The position numbers and the translations under genes were made by a program. A stretch of 64,000 nucleotides of DNA from Nitrososphaerota archaeon (GTDB lineage: Archaea; Thermoproteota; Nitrososphaeria; Nitrososphaerales; JACPRH01): contig JACPRH010000057.1 in NCBI GenBank assembly GCA_016190055.1, positions 2,434 to 66,433 of the forward strand. The letters are read 5' to 3'. Numbering within the stretch: position 1 is the first letter of the stretch; every line of letters begins with the position of its first letter. This document shows, piece by piece, positions 19,144 to 27,877 of this stretch. The notes under the pieces are model-generated. The model was given only the letters and a program-made list of their open reading frames with translations, had not been told where the DNA came from and made no database searches.

Positions 19144-19247
19144 GGGGTCGTCGTCTAGAGTCGTAACTAGGACTATTGACGGACAGTATGGTCAAGGATA
19201 CCAGCCTGGGGCGCTGGCGATCCGGGGTTCAAATCCCCGCGACCCCA
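19144..19247 (+). tRNA. tRNA-Pro (anticodon GGG) with a ~28-nt non-canonical intron in the D-loop
   Basis: Hand-folded. Acceptor GGGGTCG (19144-50) pairs with CGACCCC (19240-46), discriminator A. D-stem GTCT (19153-56) pairs with GGAT (19196-99). Anticodon stem CCAGC/GCTGG with loop CTGGGGC (19206-12). T-arm CGGGG-TTCAAAT-CCCCG. The D-loop is 39 nt instead of ~10. No CCA is encoded. A T5 run follows at 19263-67. Confidence 0.8.
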
Positions 19248-19908
19248 TTACAATATTTATGCTTTTTAAGACTTGATTATCTATAATTTTAGATTTTATA
19301 GTTCTTTTCCCTAATTATTTGGGTTCTGTTTCAGCCCCCTCTGCACGTCGTAAACGCTTAATGGCCTTCCTCCCCTAAACATGTAGCGATGGACCCGGTA
19401 AGTGGTGCCTTTCAACTGGCCATCATACGGGATGGCTGGTATCTCCTCCTCCCACTGATGAGGATCATGAATAGATGAGGAAGAAACTTGCAAGCGGAAG
19501 CTTCGAATAGAAAGATAAGCCAGCGTGGTATTCTACGTTTCCTTACGCTGCTTTTTTTCGCCGAGAATCTTCGATATCTCTCTTAGGGTGTTGTCCTACA
19601 AGTTGTACATTCTGGTAGTGATGTCGAGCCAGCCTTTGTTGAGCTTGAGAGATGCATCTATCAACTCCTGAATCTCATACGCCTGATCCTGTGATGAACC
19701 CTCTGCGAGCCCGCTCATTGCGGCTGCGCTCTTGGCTTCGAAGCTCGTTAACAGGACGCCGAATATCTTCAGCTGATTCTTTGTTTCTTCAGACAGCCCT
19801 AATTTACTGTAGTAAATCAGGCATCTGCCACATTAAGCTTCTCAAAACACGGTTGAACTAACTAGAGAGGGTGATGCTTTTTGGGCAAATAAAATATACA
19901 GGTTTGCT

Positions 19909-20133
19909 TTGCTTAGTCTGTTACTGATGTCGAATCGGACGAACTGTTCAATGTGCTTCATGGGCTGCGTAGGCGGCGTCTGCTATAGCTATACTGTGAA
20001 AAAGGCGTACTGCAGAAAGTGTAACAAAAAATTTGATGCGACTGGAAAGGATCAAGAAGTGGAACAACTTTGTCCTGACTGTGGCGGTAAACTTGAAATC
20101 CACAGGTACTATGCTAGTCCCAGAAGAGCCTAA
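19909..20133 (+). CDS. small zinc-ribbon protein (hypothetical)
   Basis: 74 aa with CSMC...CRKC...CPDC pairs. The start is uncertain (TTG at 19909 or ATG at 19927). Ends 4 nt inside the convergent gene. Confidence 0.3.
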   Translation: MLSLLLMSNRTNCSMCFMGCVGGVCYSYTVKKAYCRKCNKKFDATGKDQEVEQLCPDCGGKLEIHRYYASPRRA

Positions 20134-21302
20134 AGTCCGAGGTTGGTCGACAAAAGAGCCGCCGCTTCAGATTCGACCTTAAGTTTTTGCAGCGCGACCT
20201 GATAAGTGACGTTGTTGACCGCCGCGAAAGTAGCGAAGCCGCAATCAGTTCCAGCATACAGGTTTTCAGGCGGGATGCCTGCGTCTATGTACTGTTCTAG
20301 ACGGGTCATCACTGTTCTAGCGGATTCGACAAACGGTGTCTTCACGTCAATGACTCCGGCCGCGAGTTTCAACTCTTTAGGCCAACCATGCTCCATAATA
20401 TATCGCTTGAAGACCTGCACATCACCTTCATGCCTCGGGTTAGCGGTTTCACCTACAATCACTCCTACTTTCAACCTCATTAGCTCCGGCAGGATCTTCG
20501 CGAAGTCAACATCCGATGTGTGAGAGGCGAGGTAGTTACCGTAGCAGTAATGAACCCTAATCCGCTCACGAGGTAATCCGGTGATAGCTTGGTTTATCGC
20601 GTCCACATGCTGCGGGAGCGCATCGAAAAAGTCTACACCCCAATCTGCCGCTAGATGGTAGCCCATCGCGAGATCCGGAGCATCTATTTGCAGATCCACT
20701 CCATCCACAGCTAGAATGGCCTGGTACTCCTTGCGCATCTCAGACATTAAATCAGCCAAGTAGCTCGCATGATCAGGATAAACATCACCTCTGGGGAAGA
20801 ATATCGTGGCTACACCAGGCGATGCTGACGAAACAAAAATTCGTGGCGCACCCTCCTCCCCTGCAAGCTTAGCAGCCGACTCGGCTTCAGCACGTGCCGA
20901 GCTTGAACCCATGTATTTGACTCGATCAACCAGCTTCGGCAGCAAGAAGGCACGACCAGCAGCCCCACCTAAAGAAGCGAGCACTGCAGGATTAGACTCT
21001 TTCAGATCGCTCACCAACTCCTCCGTGAACAGCATCGGTACCCGATCTGACTTTGAGAAACCGCTGAACCGGTTAGGCAAATAAGCGGTGTAACCGGCTT
21101 TACGCTGCTCACCGTTGCTCACCCAGTTCAACCCCTGCACACCGCCCAGCGGATGCAGTTGGTCACGAATAGCTTGGCGCTCCGCCATCTCAACCTGCTC
21201 GTGATGCCTAGAGTCTATCTCGCCGGTGGGACTATCCGCCAGCAACCTAAGAATAACGGGTGTCCGAAACCAGCTTCCAACCATAGTCGCCCCAATAGCC
21301 AA
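20130..21302 (-). CDS. cobalamin-independent methionine synthase (MetE C-terminal, Meth_synt_2) family protein
   Basis: 390 aa. Zn-ligand pattern RVHYCYGNY, GETANPRHEGD and GTDCGF. N-terminal VGSWFRTP is typical of short archaeal MetE-like proteins. Confidence 0.75.
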   Translation of the reverse strand: MAIGATMVGSWFRTPVILRLLADSPTGEIDSRHHEQVEMAERQAIRDQLHPLGGVQGLNWVSNGEQRKAGYTAYLPNRFSGFSKSDRVPMLFTEELVSDLKESNPAVLASLGGAAGRAFLLPKLVDRVKYMGSSSARAEAESAAKLAGEEGAPRIFVSSASPGVATIFFPRGDVYPDHASYLADLMSEMRKEYQAILAVDGVDLQIDAPDLAMGYHLAADWGVDFFDALPQHVDAINQAITGLPRERIRVHYCYGNYLASHTSDVDFAKILPELMRLKVGVIVGETANPRHEGDVQVFKRYIMEHGWPKELKLAAGVIDVKTPFVESARTVMTRLEQYIDAGIPPENLYAGTDCGFATFAAVNNVTYQVALQKLKVESEAAALLSTNLGL

Positions 21303-21392
21303 AAATTATCATGAATAGAGTATCAATGAAACTATTAAGTTAAACCCAGAAAGGTCTGACAAACTTATTAGTCAAGCCACTAAACATAGGCT

Positions 21393-22427
21393 ATGCTATC
21401 GCAAGAAGAGGTAGAGGCAATAGATGTTTCAGGCCTCTATAAGGACTACGAGGAGTGGCCGAGACACTGTGAAGAAGCGGCTAAACTTCCAGTAGAGACA
21501 CCGGATATTGCTCAGATTAACCATATTATTTACGTTGGAATGGGTGGCTCAGCCGCCTCCGGCGACCTTCTCAGAGACTGGCTTACACCAGTCATCAACC
21601 TGCCTTTCACCATCGTCAAAGACTACAACCTGCCTAGTTCAGCCGGTAAAAACACTCTTGTAATTGCAGTCAGTTGCTCCGGCGACACCGAGGAAACTCT
21701 CAGCGCCGCAAACCAAGCATATGAGAGAGGCTGCCGAATCGCCGCGGTCTCCTCAGGCGGCCGACTAGAGCAATTCTGCCGAAAAAACAGCATTCCCTTC
21801 ACTAAGACTAAGAAGCTACGCGTGCCAAGATCCTCGCTGCCCAACCTCTTCTACCCCGCAGCAAACATCTTGAAAGAAACAGGACTTCTAAAAACTGTGG
21901 CTAACCAGATCCCGATATCCGTCTCCACCGTCAAACAACTCTACAGCAAAGTCAGAGCAGATAATTCAACGGGGAACCCGGCTAAGGAGTTAGCTGCCAA
22001 AATGGCGGATACGCTGCCGATGATCTACTGCTCCGCGTTGAATGAGGGTGCAACCAATAGGTTTCGAGCCTCCTTGAATGAGAATGCCAAGATTCAGGCG
22101 CATGTTGCAGTGATACCGGAGCTCTGTCACAACGAGGTTGAAGGTTGGACTAAGAGAACTCCCCGTGTCTGCCTACCCGTTTACATTCGATCTAAAGAGG
22201 AGCTTCCTGAGAATGCGGCTAGGTTTGAAGCTGTTAAAGAGATGATTGAGGTGGCCGGCTTCAAAGTCCACGAGGTGTGGGAGAGCGGTGAAAACAGCCT
22301 GAGCCGAATAATGCGTTCAGTCTACCTGCTTGACTATACATCTATCTACGCTGCGGTGCTGATGCGCACGAATCCTATTGGCACCCCCAATATTGATGCG
22401 ATGAAGCGTAGGCTCAGAGGAGGATAG
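21393..22427 (+). CDS. bifunctional phosphoglucose/phosphomannose isomerase (SIS domain, crenarchaeal type)
   Basis: 344 aa with YVGMGGSAASGDLL and VIAVSCSGDTEETL SIS motifs, plus a C-terminal PELCHNEVEGW region. Confidence 0.8.
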   Translation: MLSQEEVEAIDVSGLYKDYEEWPRHCEEAAKLPVETPDIAQINHIIYVGMGGSAASGDLLRDWLTPVINLPFTIVKDYNLPSSAGKNTLVIAVSCSGDTEETLSAANQAYERGCRIAAVSSGGRLEQFCRKNSIPFTKTKKLRVPRSSLPNLFYPAANILKETGLLKTVANQIPISVSTVKQLYSKVRADNSTGNPAKELAAKMADTLPMIYCSALNEGATNRFRASLNENAKIQAHVAVIPELCHNEVEGWTKRTPRVCLPVYIRSKEELPENAARFEAVKEMIEVAGFKVHEVWESGENSLSRIMRSVYLLDYTSIYAAVLMRTNPIGTPNIDAMKRRLRGG

Positions 22428-22530
22428 AACTTCCAGATCTACCTTTTGTTCGAAATCACGTTAATTACTACACAAAAAAGTTAAAAACATGGTTTCTACC
22501 CCTACGATAAATATAGGGGATATTTGGAAT

Positions 22531-24183
22531 ATGGCAACTCAAACAGGACAACCGATACTCATTCTAAGGGAAGGAGCGTCTGAAACCAAGGGAAGATCAG
22601 CGCAGCGGAATAACATACAGGCCGCGAAGCTGATCGCAGATATTGTGAAGACCTCGCTCGGTCCACGTGGAATGGATAAGATGCTCGTAGACTCAATGGG
22701 AGACGTCACAATCACCAACGATGGAGCGACTATACTGAAGGAGATCGATGTTCAGCATCCAGCCGCGAAGATGATCATCGAGATCTCCAAGACCACCGAT
22801 CAAGAGGTGGGTGACGGAACAACCTCCGCGACAGTGTTAGCGGGCGCGTTCCTTGAGCAGGCTGAGGAGCTCATCGACAAAGATGTTCATCCCACCGTTA
22901 TAGTAGACGGATACCAAGAGGCTGAGGCGCAAGCACTAAAGATTCTTGGAGAAATCTCGATCAAGATCCAGCCTGACGATACCGCCAGTCTAGTCAAGAT
23001 TGCGAAAACAAGCCTCAGATCTAAGCTTGTAGCGGATGAGAGTGAAAGCCTAGCGAAGATAGCTGTTGACGCCATCCTAGCAGTCGCAGAGAAGAAGACC
23101 AAAGGAATGTCTGTAGACATCGACAACGTGAAGGTTGAGAAGAAGCCTGGAGGCTCAATCAAGGAAACAAGCCTCATCAGAGGCATCGTACTCGACAAGG
23201 AAGTAGTCCACACAGGAATGCCTAAGCGAGTAGAGAACGCAAAGATCGCGCTTGTCGACTCAGCCCTTGAAATCGAGAAGACCGAGATAAGCGCCGAAAT
23301 CAGAATCAACAGCCCAGAGCAGATGAAGTCCTTCATGGATGAGGAGAACCGTATGCTCAAAGGTATGGCGGAAAAAGTAGCGCAATCCGGCGCAAACGTC
23401 ATTATCTGCCAGAAAGGCATCGACGATATTGCGCAACACTACCTAGCAAAGCAAGGCATCCTAGCGGTTAGACGAGCCAAGCAGAGCGACATGACAAAGC
23501 TGGCGAAGGCTACAGGCGGTCGCGTATTAAGCAACCTCGAAGAACTATCCGCTGACGATCTAGGAAATGCAGCACTAGTCGAGGAACGCAAGCTCGAAGA
23601 GGACAAATGGGTCTTCGTAGAGGGCTGCAAGAACCCGAAGGCAGTCAGCATCCTAGTCCGAGGCGGTTCACAGCGCATCGTCGACGAGGCTGAAAGATCA
23701 ATCCACGACGCATTAATGGTGGTCAAAGACGTAGTGGAGAAACCGGCTATCGTTGCTGGTGGCGGAGCGCCTGAAGCGCACATGGCTCAAGAGATCCGGA
23801 GGTGGGCCGCAACACTGAGCGGAAGACGCCAGCTTGCAGCGCAAAAGTTCGCAGACGCCCTAGAAGCAATTCCACTGGCACTCGCAGAGAACGCTGGAAT
23901 GGACACCATCGACACACTTGTTGAGCTCAGAGCCGCACAAGGTGAAGGAAAGACTTGGTCTGGAGTCGACGTGTTGGCCGGCAAAGTTGGAGACATGTAC
24001 ACGCAGGATGTTATCGAGCCTGTCGCTGTTAAGGAGCAGATAATCAAGTCTGCTACTGAAGCAGCCTGCATGATAATCAGGATAGATGACGTCATTGCCT
24101 CATCCAAGATGAAGGAGCCAGCTGCACCGCCAGGCGGAATGGGTGGCATGGGCGGTATGGGCGGAATGCCCGGAATGATGTAA
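22531..24183 (+). CDS. ths: thermosome subunit (group II chaperonin)
   Basis: [54 protein letters not shown] and a C-terminal [16 protein letters not shown] tail. Start set at the ATG at 22531 (MATQTGQP). Confidence 0.95.
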   Translation: MATQTGQPILILREGASETKGRSAQRNNIQAAKLIADIVKTSLGPRGMDKMLVDSMGDVTITNDGATILKEIDVQHPAAKMIIEISKTTDQEVGDGTTSATVLAGAFLEQAEELIDKDVHPTVIVDGYQEAEAQALKILGEISIKIQPDDTASLVKIAKTSLRSKLVADESESLAKIAVDAILAVAEKKTKGMSVDIDNVKVEKKPGGSIKETSLIRGIVLDKEVVHTGMPKRVENAKIALVDSALEIEKTEISAEIRINSPEQMKSFMDEENRMLKGMAEKVAQSGANVIICQKGIDDIAQHYLAKQGILAVRRAKQSDMTKLAKATGGRVLSNLEELSADDLGNAALVEERKLEEDKWVFVEGCKNPKAVSILVRGGSQRIVDEAERSIHDALMVVKDVVEKPAIVAGGGAPEAHMAQEIRRWAATLSGRRQLAAQKFADALEAIPLALAENAGMDTIDTLVELRAAQGEGKTWSGVDVLAGKVGDMYTQDVIEPVAVKEQIIKSATEAACMIIRIDDVIASSKMKEPAAPPGGMGGMGGMGGMPGMM

Positions 24184-24219
24184 GCGAACAGTAGAGTTCC
24201 GGCGTTCCCCAATCTCTTC

Positions 24220-24248
24220 TTTTTACTATTCGTGTTTTTCATTTTTTT
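24220..24248 (+). terminator. oligo-T termination tract downstream of the thermosome gene
   Basis: Three T runs lie within 30 nt after the stop: T5 at 24220-24, T5 at 24235-39 and T7 at 24242-48. Archaeal RNA polymerase terminates at oligo-T. Confidence 0.4.
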
Positions 24249-24344
24249 CTTTGCTTCAGAGGTGAATCTGCTCGGACGATGATGTGTGCGTTAGGTTTTT
24301 CTGCTACAAAGATGCTCTAGGCGCACATAGTAGGTGGATGGTGT

Positions 24345-24611
24345 TTGCCGTATATTGAGCAGTCTGAGAGGGGTAAGTATGAGAAGTGTATACAGGAGCT
24401 TCTGAAGATTTTGAAGGGTCGGCCGTTGCAGGAGGTTGATGGCGAGCTTGATTACGTAATTACAAGTCTGTTAAAAGGTCTCTATGAGCCGAAGTACTTC
24501 AACTATAATCGGGCGATAGGGGTCTTGGAGACTACGAAGCAGGAGTTCTATAGACGAGCCCTCGCGCCTTACGAGGATGAGAAGATCGAGGAAGCGGGCG
24601 ACGTCTATTAA
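24345..24611 (+). CDS. small conserved-looking hypothetical protein
   Basis: 88 aa, TTG start preceded by GGTGGATGGTG. Helical, with a C-terminal signature EFYRRALAPYEDEKIEEAGDVY. I cannot name a family with confidence. Confidence 0.5.
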   Translation: MPYIEQSERGKYEKCIQELLKILKGRPLQEVDGELDYVITSLLKGLYEPKYFNYNRAIGVLETTKQEFYRRALAPYEDEKIEEAGDVY

Positions 24612-24728
24612 CTGTTAAGATACGCTGTTTTAGATGCGGCTGGAAAGTAGGGTTTATTAGAGTAGAGCTATCTTTTTTGCCTTGTCCTACTAGTTAGATT
24701 AAATGGGGAGAAGTGGGTAGGTATTCGT

Positions 24729-26360
24729 ATGAAGGCTACCGACCTGTTCATTGACTGCTTAGAGAATGAGGGTGTGGACATTGTATTTGGGATACCTGGT
24801 GAGGAAACTGTCGCTATTATGGAGTCGCTTCTCGACTCGAATATTCGGTTCATTCTTACTCGGCATGAGCAGTCGGCTGCGTTTATGGCGGATGTGCATG
24901 GTCGGTTAACCGGGAAGGCGGGTGTATGTTTATCCACGCTTGGCCCAGGTGCGACGAACCTAGCTACAGGTGTTGCCAACGCGAATCTTGATCGGTCACC
25001 GCTTATCGCTGTGTCAGCGCAGGTTGCGAGAGATAGGATGCATAAGGAGACGCATCAATACATCGATCTTGTGAAGGCTTTCTTCCCGGTGACGAAGTGG
25101 AATGCGAGCATCAGGGACTCCGGAGGGATACCTGAAATCGTGCGGAAGGCGTTTCGAATAGCGCAGATAGAGAAGCCGGGTGCGGTGCACATAGAGTTTC
25201 CCGAGGATGTGGCGTCTGAGAATGTGGACCTGAAGCCGCTGGCTATTAGGGAGATGCCGCACAGTCACTGCGATTCTTTAGAGATTAGGAGGGCTGCGGA
25301 GATTATTAGGAGTGCGCAGCACCCACTTATCTTGGCTGGGAACGGAGTTATCAGGGCGAATGCTTCAGGGGAGCTGCAGAAGTTCGCTGAGGCGAACGGG
25401 ATACCTGTGGTTAACACATTCATGAGCAAAGGTGTGTTGCCTCATGATAATGATCTCTCGCTGCTAACCATTGGGTTGCAGATGTTGGATTACGCTATGT
25501 GCGGGATGGATAAGGCAGATGTTGTCTTAGCTGTCGGCTACGATATTGTTGAGTATAGTCCGTCTAGGTGGAACCCCTGCAGAGACAAGAAGATCATTCA
25601 CGTAGACTCTAAGAGGAGCGAGGTTCATGCTCATTATGGGCCGGCGGTGGAGCTGATCGGCGACATCGGACCTACATTGGATGAGTTGACAGCAAACACT
25701 GGCTTCGGAAGACATGACGAGTATATGGGGTTGTTGCGGGAGACGCTTCTTAGAGAGCTGGAGAGGAATATGCGTAGCGACGGTGTGCCGGTTAAGCCTC
25801 AGAGAGTTCTCAGCGAGATTAGAGGAGCAATGGGTAAGGATGATATTTTGGTCTCTGATGTTGGGATGCATAAGCTCTGGGTGGCAAGGATGTTTCCAGC
25901 ATACAGGCCTAATACTGTTTTGATTTCGAATGGTTTTGCAGCTATGGGTTTCGGTTTCCCAGGCGGTATCTCCGCTAAGCTGCTTCGCCCCGATAGAAAG
26001 GTGGTGGTGGTCACTGGTGATGGCGGTTTCATGATGAATTCTCAGGAGATTGAGACTGCGAACAGGTTGGGGGTGGCTTTGACTGTGGTGATATTCAATA
26101 ACGGTAGGTTAGGCTCAATTGAGTTCAAGCAGAGGCATTTTAAGCGTCAGATAGGTGTGGAGTTCGGTAACCCTGACTTTGTGAAGTATGCTGAGAGTTT
26201 CGGTGCCGTCGGCTACAGGATTGAGAAGAGCGAGAATATTGAACCGGTTTTGAAGGAGGCTGTGAGGTCAAAGAATGTATGCGTCGTTGATGTCCCCATT
26301 GATTATCGTGAAAACTACGCGTTGGTCGAGAAGATGGGGCAGATAATCTGTCCAGTGTAA
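24729..26360 (+). CDS. thiamine-pyrophosphate enzyme, acetolactate synthase large-subunit-like
   Basis: 543 aa. N-terminal Pyr domain (GVDIVFGIPGEE...HEQSAAFMADVHGRLTGK), a middle domain and a C-terminal PP domain with the GDGGFMMNSQEIET TPP motif. Confidence 0.85.
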   Translation: MKATDLFIDCLENEGVDIVFGIPGEETVAIMESLLDSNIRFILTRHEQSAAFMADVHGRLTGKAGVCLSTLGPGATNLATGVANANLDRSPLIAVSAQVARDRMHKETHQYIDLVKAFFPVTKWNASIRDSGGIPEIVRKAFRIAQIEKPGAVHIEFPEDVASENVDLKPLAIREMPHSHCDSLEIRRAAEIIRSAQHPLILAGNGVIRANASGELQKFAEANGIPVVNTFMSKGVLPHDNDLSLLTIGLQMLDYAMCGMDKADVVLAVGYDIVEYSPSRWNPCRDKKIIHVDSKRSEVHAHYGPAVELIGDIGPTLDELTANTGFGRHDEYMGLLRETLLRELERNMRSDGVPVKPQRVLSEIRGAMGKDDILVSDVGMHKLWVARMFPAYRPNTVLISNGFAAMGFGFPGGISAKLLRPDRKVVVVTGDGGFMMNSQEIETANRLGVALTVVIFNNGRLGSIEFKQRHFKRQIGVEFGNPDFVKYAESFGAVGYRIEKSENIEPVLKEAVRSKNVCVVDVPIDYRENYALVEKMGQIICPV

Positions 26361-26386
26361 CGTTAATGGTGGCTATGTGAGAAGTT

Positions 26387-27754
26387 ATGGCGAAGATTAG
26401 GTCGATTAATCCTGCGACGGAGGAGGTGAACAAGGAGTTTGAAACCTATTCTGGGAAGGAGATCACGAAGATTACTCAGGACGTTAGGCGGGCGTTCACA
26501 GGGTGGAGGGGACTCGGGGTCAGCGAGCGGGCAGGCTACTTGAAGATGCTGTCTGAAGTGTTAAGCAACCGGGCGGAGGAGTACGGCAGGTTAATCACGA
26601 TTGAGATGGGGAAGCCGATTAAACAGTCGGTCGCAGAGGTTGAGAAGTGCGCTTGGACCGCGGAGATCTACGCTGAGAACGCTGCGAGCTGGCTTAAGGA
26701 GGAGAAGGTTCGAGCTGACGGCAAACAAAACCTGATTACCTTTGAGCCGCTGGGAACGGTTCTCTCGGTTATGCCTTGGAACTTCCCGTTTTGGCAAGCG
26801 ATGCGGTTCGCAATCCCCGCTTTGACTGCTGGGAATGTTTCGATGCTGAAGCATTCGAATGTTGTGCCGATGTGCGCCTTAGCTCTTGAAGAGGTTTTCA
26901 GAGAGGCAGGCTACCCCGAAGGTGTTTTCCGAACAATTCTCACCGACCATGAGACGGTTGAAGCGCTAATAGCGAGTGACTATGTTCAAGGCGTCTCCAT
27001 TACAGGGAGCGTGGGAGCTGGTTCAATGGTTGCTGAGGTTGCGGGTAAGAGCCTGAAAAAGACGGTTCTGGAGCTAGGTGGAAGCGACCCGTTCATTGTT
27101 CTTGGTGATGCAGATGTCAGCTTGGCGTGCGCGAATGCGGTGAAGGGTAGAACAATTAACTCTGGGCAGAGCTGCATAGCTGCGAAGCGGTTCATTGTAG
27201 TTCAGAGTGTTGCCGACGAGTTTACAGAGAAGCTTGTTGAGATGAATCGAGTGTTGAAGGTGGGTGATCCGCTTAACCCTGAGACTGAGATTGGACCTTT
27301 GGCTACGCGACAGCAGGTGGAACAGCTTGAGGCTCAGGTGCAGGATGCTGCGGATAAAGGAGCAGAGATACTGGTTGGTGGGAACCGTGTTGGTGAGAAG
27401 GGTTTCTTCTTTGCACCCACAGTTCTGTCGAAGGTGAACAAGAATATGAAGGTGGTTACTGAGGAGGTTTTCGGCCCAGTTTCCCCGATTATTGTTGTGA
27501 AAAATGAAGAGGAAGCGGTTGAGGTTGCGAATAACACCGAGTTTGGGCTCGGCGCCAGCGTATGGGGTGAAGATGAGAAGAAGGCGATAGAGATAGCCAG
27601 GCGGCTTGAGGCTGGAGCAGTCTTCATTAACGGAGTCGTAAAAAGCGATCCTCGAATGCCGTTCGGCGGAGTCAAGAAGTCAGGAATCGGCCGCGAACTC
27701 TCACATTACGGGCTGAAAGAATTCGTCAACATTAAGACGATAAACATCTACTAG
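26387..27754 (+). CDS. NAD(P)+-dependent aldehyde / succinate-semialdehyde dehydrogenase
   Basis: 455 aa ALDH family with FPFWQ, ELGGSDP (catalytic Glu), GQSCIAAKR (catalytic Cys) and EEVFGPV. Confidence 0.9.
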   Translation: MAKIRSINPATEEVNKEFETYSGKEITKITQDVRRAFTGWRGLGVSERAGYLKMLSEVLSNRAEEYGRLITIEMGKPIKQSVAEVEKCAWTAEIYAENAASWLKEEKVRADGKQNLITFEPLGTVLSVMPWNFPFWQAMRFAIPALTAGNVSMLKHSNVVPMCALALEEVFREAGYPEGVFRTILTDHETVEALIASDYVQGVSITGSVGAGSMVAEVAGKSLKKTVLELGGSDPFIVLGDADVSLACANAVKGRTINSGQSCIAAKRFIVVQSVADEFTEKLVEMNRVLKVGDPLNPETEIGPLATRQQVEQLEAQVQDAADKGAEILVGGNRVGEKGFFFAPTVLSKVNKNMKVVTEEVFGPVSPIIVVKNEEEAVEVANNTEFGLGASVWGEDEKKAIEIARRLEAGAVFINGVVKSDPRMPFGGVKKSGIGRELSHYGLKEFVNIKTINIY

Positions 27755-27877
27755 CCGCGTAACCATCAGCTAACTAGATTGGGTACTAGCTTAGCTTGTG
27801 TAAACGGTTGGTCCGAGTTAGCTAGTTAGTTTTACTGTCAAATGATGCTGTTAGATTTAGCGGTTTGAAAAGTTATC

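Noticed and set aside
27769-27825. Inverted repeat AGCTAACT ... AGTTAGCT between the convergent aldehyde dehydrogenase and surface-protein genes
   Set aside because: It is only an 8-bp stem with a ~38-nt loop, and archaeal termination relies mainly on oligo-T. That is too weak to call as a feature.
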